Assembly: GCF_039935575.1 (NCBI RefSeq)
Contig: NZ_JBDTKA010000111.1
Coordinates: 903 to 64,902, forward strand
Direction: 5' to 3'
Length of the DNA: 64,000 nucleotides
Source of the DNA: Lapillicoccus sp.
GTDB lineage: Bacteria; Actinomycetota; Actinomycetes; Actinomycetales; Dermatophilaceae
Part shown: positions 57,852-64,000 of the stretch, one piece after another
How the letters are laid out: each line of letters begins with the position of its first letter
How positions within the stretch are numbered: position 1 is the first letter of the stretch
Made by a program: the position numbers and the translations under genes
The notes under the pieces: generated by a model
What the model was told of the DNA's origin: nothing
The model's input: only the letters and a program-made list of their open reading frames with translations
The model's database searches: none

Positions 57852-57998
57852 TCAGGGGGTGATCGTCACCCAGCCGAGTGCGGTGCCGCCGTTCGCACCG
57901 GGGCCGATCAGGTCGTGGAACGCGCTCGATCCCAACGTGGTCACCACCAGAGACTGTGTGGCAGGGCTCGAACACCCCTCCACGCACAGGTATGCCTC
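57852..57998 (-). pseudogene. C-terminal fragment of a third paralogue of the beta-propeller anti-sigma-like proteins
   Basis: ...CVEGCSSPATQSLVVTTLGSSAFHDLIGPGANGGTALGWVTITP-stop aligns with the C-termini ...GGCVGGDGIGLVNVLTGASGMLLGPQANGGTVAQFAVIDPSR and ...RLVTEDLGSGRTTVLAGPEAGGRTVRQAVVITAGGG. No matching upstream part. Confidence 0.4.
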
Positions 57999-58044
57999 CG
58001 CGCCGATGACGGCGCGGATGTCGGGTCCGCCATCGCGCGGCCCC

Positions 58045-59427
58045 TCATCGCGACGGGTCGATGACGGCGAACTGGGCAACCGTGCCGCCGTTGGCCTGTG
58101 GGCCCAGCAGCATGCCCGAAGCGCCCGTGAGCACGTTGACGAGACCGATGCCGTCGCCCCCGACGCAGCCTCCTCTGGACGTGCTGTCGCTCGCCACGAG
58201 CACGTACGCCGAGTCGTTCACCACCGCCACGGGGTCGGTCCCGGCCAGCGCGTTGCCCACTCCCTTGAGCTCGGGACCAAGCGACCGAGGGGCGGAACTC
58301 CCGATCTGGATGTCGAGCGGCCCGTAGCCGCAGGCCGGAGCCTGCACGAGCAGGACGCCGCTGCTCAGCTGCCACGCGTCGACGTAGCCGCGCTGCGCGA
58401 GGGGGCTGGCCTGGGTGAGCTGCGCCGGCGGGCCGCCGGACACGGGATACAGCCAGACGTTGCTGACGTCGGTGCCGTCGCTCCTGGAACAGTAGACGAC
58501 GGCGCGCCCGTCACCCCACCATGACATCGGGAAGCAGCTGCCATAGCCACTCGGCGCCGGGAGAGAGCGCACGACGGCGCCGGTGGCGTTGCCCCAGACC
58601 GCGAGCCCCGCTTTGCCGTGCGCCACAACGAAAAGGCCGTCAGGGGTTTCGATTCCGGCGGCGCTACCGACGGGGAAGGTGAGCTGAAGGCTCCCGTCGA
58701 GGCCGCGTCGCTCCAGATGCCCTTGCAGCGAGTCGCCGCTCGTGTCGACCGAGTCGAGGAGCGCCTTCGCGGTTGGCTTCGAGTACCGGACTATGCCGGA
58801 GACCTGGGGAACCACGCGGGACGTGCCACTGGTGAGGTCCCACTCGGAGACGGCACGCGAGGCGTCGGGGGACTGGGTGAGAGCACGCCGACCGTCGGGG
58901 CTTACGTCGAGGAGCGCGACGTTGGTGGGGATCGAGGCGATGGCATACCGGGTGGCCGTCGGGCTCACGAGATAAAGCGTTCCGGTCTGGGCCGCTCGAC
59001 TCGATCCCCAGACGGCTGCGACCCAGCCGGGACCGACCTGCGGCCATGGGATCGACGAACGGGGCTGTTCCTGCGCGGCAATCGGGCCCGATGCAGTCGC
59101 GCCCCTCGTGCCGTTCGGCGTCGGCTGAGCTGAGGCCGGTGGCGTACCCGTCGGGTCCGGCGAGACGGTGACGATCTGCGTGGCGACGGGTGCGGGCGTC
59201 ACGTCGCCGTGCCGGCTGACCACCCCGATGCCCACGGCTGCCGCGGCGATCACGACAGCTGCGGCGGCCGCACCCATCCACGATCGCCTCGGGCCTCGAC
59301 CCGCTTCCCGCGCTGATCGCTGCAGCTCGTCGAAGGAGCGGGTCAGATCGTCCTCACGCACCTCGCTGGCGCGCTGGCCGAGGGCGCCGCGCAGGCGGCG
59401 CTCCCTGTCGTCGCCCGACGTCGTCAT
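58045..59427 (-). CDS. anti-sigma-like membrane protein with beta-propeller-like extracytoplasmic domain
   Basis: ATGA overlap with the upstream sigma gene. One TM helix (WMGAAAAAVVIAAAAVGIGVV). SSIPWPQVGPGWVAA...LLDVSPDGRRAL resembles TolB-like repeats. Confidence 0.7.
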   Translation of the reverse strand: MTTSGDDRERRLRGALGQRASEVREDDLTRSFDELQRSAREAGRGPRRSWMGAAAAAVVIAAAAVGIGVVSRHGDVTPAPVATQIVTVSPDPTGTPPASAQPTPNGTRGATASGPIAAQEQPRSSIPWPQVGPGWVAAVWGSSRAAQTGTLYLVSPTATRYAIASIPTNVALLDVSPDGRRALTQSPDASRAVSEWDLTSGTSRVVPQVSGIVRYSKPTAKALLDSVDTSGDSLQGHLERRGLDGSLQLTFPVGSAAGIETPDGLFVVAHGKAGLAVWGNATGAVVRSLPAPSGYGSCFPMSWWGDGRAVVYCSRSDGTDVSNVWLYPVSGGPPAQLTQASPLAQRGYVDAWQLSSGVLLVQAPACGYGPLDIQIGSSAPRSLGPELKGVGNALAGTDPVAVVNDSAYVLVASDSTSRGGCVGGDGIGLVNVLTGASGMLLGPQANGGTVAQFAVIDPSR

Positions 59428-60017
59428 CGCTGCTCCTCCAACAACCGCTCGAGCGCGTCCAATGCCCGGCTCGCTGTCGACTTGACGGTCCCCTCGGTGA
59501 TCCCCATGGCCTCGGCGATCTGTCGCTCGCTGAGGTCGCCCCAGTAGCGCAGCACCAAGACCTCTCGCTGTCTGGGCGGCAACCGGCGCACCGCCTCGAG
59601 CGTGGCGTCACGGGACTCGCCCAGGAGCACCTCGTGGTCAGCCGCCGCCACCTCGTCCGGTGCGCTCGCTCGGGCGAGGAAGCGCCGGACGGTGCCGCGC
59701 CGGCGCAACGTACTCCGCGCTCCGTTGACCACGGACACCCGCAGGTATGCCAGTGCCGCACCGGGGTCGTCCAGCCGGCCGGACCGCCGGTGCAGTCCGA
59801 CGAAGGCGTCCTGGACCACGTCCTCCGCGAGGGAGAGCTCGTCGACCAGCAGCACCGCGAGGCGCACGAGCGAAAGCCGGTGGGCGGCATACAAGGTGGC
59901 CAGGTCCACACCCGTGCGAGGCGCCGCGTCCACCGTTGTCCTCCCGCCGGTTGCCAACTGGGTGTGCGCCGCGCCGCTCTGCGTGGCGTGGAGGGCCCTC
60001 ATGCCTTCAAGACGCAT
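59424..60017 (-). CDS. ECF (group 4) RNA polymerase sigma factor
   Basis: Region 2 LYAAHRLSLVRLAVLLVDELSLAEDVVQDAFVGL and region 4 LPPRQREVLVLRYWGDLSERQIAEAMGITEGTVKSTASRAL. Confidence 0.85.
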   Translation of the reverse strand: MRLEGMRALHATQSGAAHTQLATGGRTTVDAAPRTGVDLATLYAAHRLSLVRLAVLLVDELSLAEDVVQDAFVGLHRRSGRLDDPGAALAYLRVSVVNGARSTLRRRGTVRRFLARASAPDEVAAADHEVLLGESRDATLEAVRRLPPRQREVLVLRYWGDLSERQIAEAMGITEGTVKSTASRALDALERLLEEQR

Positions 60018-60200
60018 GGACGCTACCGAGGTTGCCTCCGATGTCCCTGAACATCTCCCGGCGCGGGCAGCGGTCGAGGTTCAGCGGTCGCGCAGCCTGA
60101 TGTCTCCCGAACCGGTCTGGCCGACGAACGGGCGTCATGGCGTTATGAGGTGAGCCGCCGCTCTCCTGCTGATTCAGCTCGCACGACGTATCGTCGGTCA

Positions 60201-60404
60201 ATGGCGATTCGCGCGGGGAGCAAGGTCTCCTGGAACACGTCGCAGGGCACCACACACGGCAAGGCCGTCGAACGGCGCACGTCGGAGTTCACCTTCGACG
60301 AGCAGAAGTTCAATGCCAGCGAGGACGATCCGTACTGGATCGTCGAGTCCGCGAAGACCGGCGCCCAGGCGGCGCACAAGGCGTCCTCGCTGACCCCGTC
60401 CTGA
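60201..60404 (+). CDS. DUF2945-like small protein
   Basis: Internal ATG of ORF 60150-60404. GSKVSWNTSQGTTHGKAVERRTSEFTFDEQKFNASEDDPYWIVES. Confidence 0.6.
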   Translation: MAIRAGSKVSWNTSQGTTHGKAVERRTSEFTFDEQKFNASEDDPYWIVESAKTGAQAAHKASSLTPS

Positions 60405-60434
60405 CTTCCTCGACCACACCGGCGGCGTCGATGG

Positions 60435-62141
60435 TCAGCCGTTGATGTCGGGTGCGGCGAGGCGTGCGGCGTCGGCTGCCTCGTCGTCGGGCATCGTCTG
60501 GGAGATCCGCTCGGCCTCGACCCGCCTCGACCAGTGCTCGACCTCGTTGTCCATCATCGCGGCGTCCCAGCCCAGGATCGGGGCGACGATCTCGGCGGCC
60601 GGCCGGGCCGCTCCCACCGCCCGGTCCCAGGTTTCGATCGAGAGCCGCGTGCGTCGCGCCAGGATGTCGTCGAGGTGGAGCGCGCCCTCGTGCGACGCGG
60701 CGTACGAGATCTCCGCGCGCAGGTAGTCCTCCCCACCGGGGAGCGGCTCGCCGAGCGAGGGGTCGCCCGCGACGAGGTCGAGGATCTCGGTGATGAGGAT
60801 GCCGTGCCGCATCAGCATCTTCTCGATCCGTTCGACGTGCAGCCCGGACTCCTTGGCGAGCGCGGCGCGTCGGTTCCACATCGCGTGGTACCCGACTGCG
60901 CCGACCAGAGGGATGTCCTGCGTGGTGGACTCAGGGATATCACCGCCGAGGGTGCGCGCGGTCTCGTCGATCGCGTCCTTGGCCATGATCCGGTATGTCG
61001 TGTACTTGCCGCCGGCGACGACGACCAGACCCGGCGTGGGGTGGGCGACGACGTGCTCCCGGGACAGCTTGGAGGTCTGCTCGCTCTCCCCCGCGAGCAG
61101 CGGCCGCAGACCGGCATACACGCCCTCGACGTCGGCCTGGGTGAGCCGCGTCGTCAGGAACTCGTTGACGTGGTCGAGGAGGTAGGCGATGTCTGCGGAC
61201 GTCGCCGCAGGGTGCGCCTTGTCGAGACTCCACTCGGTATCGGTTGTCCCGATGATCCAGTGCCGGCCCCACGGGATGACGAACAGGACCGACGTCTCCG
61301 TGCGCAGGATGATCCCCGAGGTCGAGTGGATCCGGTCACGGGGGACGACGAGGTGGATGCCCTTGGACGCCCGCACGTGGAACTGGCCGCGCTCGCCGAC
61401 CATCGCCTGTGTCTCGTCGGTCCAGACGCCGGTCGCGTTGACGACCTGGCGCGCGTGGACGTCGAACTCGCGGCCGGTGAGCTTGTCGAGGGCCTGGATC
61501 CCGGTGACGCGTTCGCCCTGCCGCACGAACCCCACTGCCGCAACGCGGGATGCGACATGGGCGCCGTAGGTGGCCGCAGTGCGGGCCAGCTCCATGGTGT
61601 GGCGGGCGTCGTCGACCTTGGCGTCGTAGTACTGGACCGCTCCGGTCAGCGCGGACTTCTTCAGGGCGGGGGCGATGCGCAGCGTCTGTCGCCGGGTCAG
61701 GTGCTTGTGCCACGGGAGCCCGGCGGAGTTGCCGGACCCACGCGCCATCGAGTCGTACATCGTCAGGCCCGCCTCGACGTAGGGCCGCTCCCAGCCGAGG
61801 TGCGTCAAGGGGTAGAGGAACGGCACCGGACGCACGAGGTGCGGCGCGAGCCGGGTGAGCATCAGCCCCCGTTCCTGCAGCGCCTCGTGGACGAGACGGA
61901 AGTCAAGCATCTCGAGGTAGCGCAGTCCCCCGTGCACGAGCTTGCTCGACCGGCTGGAGGTGCCGGACGCGAAGTCGCGGGCCTCGACCAGCCCGGTGGT
62001 CAGGCCCCTGGTCACGGCGTCGAGGGCGCAGCCGGTGCCGACGACCCCACCGCCCACGACCAGGACGTCGAGCTCGCCACCGTCGGCGAGGCGTTCGATC
62101 GCGGCGCGGCGCGAGTCGACAGACAGGGCAACGGGATTCAC
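60435..62141 (-). CDS. glpD: FAD-dependent glycerol-3-phosphate dehydrogenase
   Basis: GTG start overlapping the glpK stop (GTGA). [26 protein letters not shown] motif and [15 protein letters not shown]. Confidence 0.9.
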   Translation of the reverse strand: MNPVALSVDSRRAAIERLADGGELDVLVVGGGVVGTGCALDAVTRGLTTGLVEARDFASGTSSRSSKLVHGGLRYLEMLDFRLVHEALQERGLMLTRLAPHLVRPVPFLYPLTHLGWERPYVEAGLTMYDSMARGSGNSAGLPWHKHLTRRQTLRIAPALKKSALTGAVQYYDAKVDDARHTMELARTAATYGAHVASRVAAVGFVRQGERVTGIQALDKLTGREFDVHARQVVNATGVWTDETQAMVGERGQFHVRASKGIHLVVPRDRIHSTSGIILRTETSVLFVIPWGRHWIIGTTDTEWSLDKAHPAATSADIAYLLDHVNEFLTTRLTQADVEGVYAGLRPLLAGESEQTSKLSREHVVAHPTPGLVVVAGGKYTTYRIMAKDAIDETARTLGGDIPESTTQDIPLVGAVGYHAMWNRRAALAKESGLHVERIEKMLMRHGILITEILDLVAGDPSLGEPLPGGEDYLRAEISYAASHEGALHLDDILARRTRLSIETWDRAVGAARPAAEIVAPILGWDAAMMDNEVEHWSRRVEAERISQTMPDDEAADAARLAAPDING

Positions 62142-63670
62142 TGGACCTCCACCCAGTCGAAGGTACGTTCGACAGCCTTGCGCCAGCCGGCGTACGCGCT
62201 CTCGCGCCGGTCCTCGCTCCACGTCGGCGTCCAGCGCTTGTCCTCGCGCCAGTTGGCGCGCAGCTCGTCCGTGCTGCTCCAGAACCCGGTCGCCAGGCCG
62301 GCCGCGTATGCCGCGCCGAGGGCGGTCGTCTCGCTCACCTCGGGACGGCTGACCTCGACACCGAGGACGTCGGCCTGGATCTGCATGCACAGGTCGTTGG
62401 CGGTGACGCCTCCGTCGACCTTGAGGACGCTCAGGTCGAGCGCGCTCGCCGCTCCAGCGCTGTCCTCGACCATCGCGTCGGCGACGTCGCGGGTCTGGAA
62501 ACAGATCGACTCCAGCGTCGCGCGGGCGATGTGGGCTGCGGTGTTGTAGCGGGACAGCCCGAGGATGGCTCCACGGGCGTCGGCCCGCCAGTAGGGCGCG
62601 AACAGGCCGGAGAACGCGGGCACGAGGTAGACGCCGCCGGTGTCCTCGACCTGACGGGCGAGGCTCTCGACGTCCGCCGCGCTGCGGATCAGCCCCAGCT
62701 GGTCGCGCAGCCACTGGACCGCGGAGCCGGTGACCGCGATCGAGCCCTCGAGCGCATACACCGGCTCGGCGCTGCCGAGCTGGTAGGCCACGGTCGTCAG
62801 CAGGCCGTGCTGCGAGCGGACCAGCTCCTCACCGGTGTTGAGCAGCATGAAGTTGCCCGTCCCGTAGGTGTTCTTGGCCTCGCCGGGGGCGAAGCAGACC
62901 TGCCCGACCGTCGCGGCGTGCTGGTCGCCCAGTGCCCCGGCGATCGGGATCTCGCCACCCCAGGACTCGCGGGGCACCGTGTTGCCGTAGAGGTCGGGGT
63001 CACTCGACGGCCTGATCTCGGGGAGCATCGCGCGCGGGACCCCGAAGAAGCCGAGCAGCTCGTCGTCCCAGTCGAGGGTCTCGAGGTCCATCAGCATGGT
63101 GCGGCTGGCGTTGGTCACGTCGGTGACGTGTCGGCCCCCGCGAGGGCCACCGGTGAGGTTCCAGACGACCCAGCTGTCGGTGGTTCCGAACAGCGCGTCA
63201 CCGGCCTCGGCTGACTGCCGAAGCCCGTCGACGTTCTCCAGCAGCCACTGCAGCTTGCCGCCGGAGAAGTAGGGCGCGGGGACGAGCCCGGCTCGATGCC
63301 GGATGACGTCGCCGCGCCCGTCGGCGTCGAGAGCCTTGGCGATGGAGTCGGTACGCGTGTCCTGCCAGACGATCGCGTTGTGCAGGGGACGGCCGTTATG
63401 CCGGTCCCAGACCACCGTGGTCTCGCGCTGGTTCGTGATCCCGATGCTGTCGAGGTCGTCGCCGCTCAGGTGCAGCTGCGACAGCCCCGAGCCGATCACC
63501 GTCTCGGTCCGCTCCCAGATCTCGACGGGGTCGTGCTCGACCCAGCCGGCCCGGGGGAGGATCTGCTGGTGCTCGAGCTGATGTCGGCCGACCTCTCGCC
63601 CGTCGTGGTCGAACACCATGAAACGGGTACTCGTCGTGCCCTGGTCGACTGCTCCGACGAAGTCCGCCAT
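62138..63670 (-). CDS. glpK: glycerol kinase
   Basis: Internal ATG ([21 protein letters not shown]) of ORF 62138-63973. [23 protein letters not shown] and [17 protein letters not shown]. Confidence 0.95.
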   Translation of the reverse strand: MADFVGAVDQGTTSTRFMVFDHDGREVGRHQLEHQQILPRAGWVEHDPVEIWERTETVIGSGLSQLHLSGDDLDSIGITNQRETTVVWDRHNGRPLHNAIVWQDTRTDSIAKALDADGRGDVIRHRAGLVPAPYFSGGKLQWLLENVDGLRQSAEAGDALFGTTDSWVVWNLTGGPRGGRHVTDVTNASRTMLMDLETLDWDDELLGFFGVPRAMLPEIRPSSDPDLYGNTVPRESWGGEIPIAGALGDQHAATVGQVCFAPGEAKNTYGTGNFMLLNTGEELVRSQHGLLTTVAYQLGSAEPVYALEGSIAVTGSAVQWLRDQLGLIRSAADVESLARQVEDTGGVYLVPAFSGLFAPYWRADARGAILGLSRYNTAAHIARATLESICFQTRDVADAMVEDSAGAASALDLSVLKVDGGVTANDLCMQIQADVLGVEVSRPEVSETTALGAAYAAGLATGFWSSTDELRANWREDKRWTPTWSEDRRESAYAGWRKAVERTFDWVEVQ

Positions 63671-63809
63671 GGGCCCAAGATTGGCATACCTCGCAGTGAG
63701 GCCGTACCGGGCGTGTGCCTCGCAGGTGCAAGAGTGGAGCGTGCCCGACGACCTCCCACCCCGCACGCCCCGGTCACGACGGTCGCGGCACCGCCCCCGC
63801 TCGATCCGG

Positions 63810-64000
63810 GTGGCGGGCGGCGGTCTGGGAGCCGGCACGCGACGGGTCGTCCAGGCGACCGAGCCGCCGACCGACTCGATCCCGGTATGGACGCAGCCCG
63901 ACGGTGTCGAGCTCACAACCGGACGTGCGGTGGTCGACCTGGCGACGCGTACCGGTGTCGCGCTGATGGCCACCGGTTCGTCCGCCGCCGAAGTGGTCAG
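63810..64000 (+). CDS. possible threonine/serine-exporter (ThrE/DUF1212) family protein, 5' partial
   Basis: The frame open to the window end reads ...[27 protein letters not shown], resembling the ThrE-family N-terminal motif. GTG 63810 is only a guess. Confidence 0.3.
   Translation, partial: MAGGGLGAGTRRVVQATEPPTDSIPVWTQPDGVELTTGRAVVDLATRTGVALMATGSSAAEVV

Noticed and set aside
63715-63966. 83-aa + ORF upstream of glpK, and the N-terminal extension of the glpK ORF to 63973.
   Set aside because: The composition is Arg/Pro/Ser-rich with no motif. GlpK has its canonical [14 protein letters not shown] start at 63670. A different + frame with a ThrE-like motif looks more plausible at the window end.

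Overview
Very GC-rich (about 70% by eye; third codon positions are almost all G/C), densely coding chromosomal segment of an actinobacterium, probably Micrococcales-like. I call about 60 protein genes and no rRNA, tRNA, CRISPR array or transposase. Many neighbouring genes overlap by 1-4 nt at ATGA/GTGA/TGATG junctions, which suggests operons with translational coupling. Because of the GC content, the six-frame track contains many long spurious antisense or out-of-frame ORFs, and several true genes start at internal start codons of longer listed ORFs.

Most of the window is conserved core. From memory, its order parallels the Mycobacterium tuberculosis Rv1165-Rv1234 neighbourhood:
- typA, an LpqW-like solute-binding lipoprotein with a peptide-type ABC transporter, and mshB
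- fdxA, dapC, gltA, dapD, dapE, LOG-family protein, tag, DUF3117
- O-methyltransferase, sigE-rseA-htrA-tatB, mrp, and the DUF1003 / MgtE-N pair

Other content:
- a lipoprotein / two-kinase / LuxR-regulator operon at the left end
- a DUF559 gene bracketed by 63-bp palindromic repeats
- an LLM oxidoreductase beside a decayed TetR gene
- an MFS sugar porter, pepP, and glpD-glpK
- two paralogous ECF sigma / beta-propeller anti-sigma modules, one of them fused into a single ORF

The most interesting locus is a co-directional four-gene cluster at 47277-53755. It encodes a 1102-aa alpha/beta-hydrolase-CHAT protein, a stand-alone caspase-like C14 peptidase, a UDG-fold protein and a deaminase-type amidohydrolase. 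It is divergent from a RIO-type kinase and lies next to a DinB pseudogene scar. I cannot match it to any named defence or cell-death system.

All assignments rest on reading motifs in the translations. No database search was possible.
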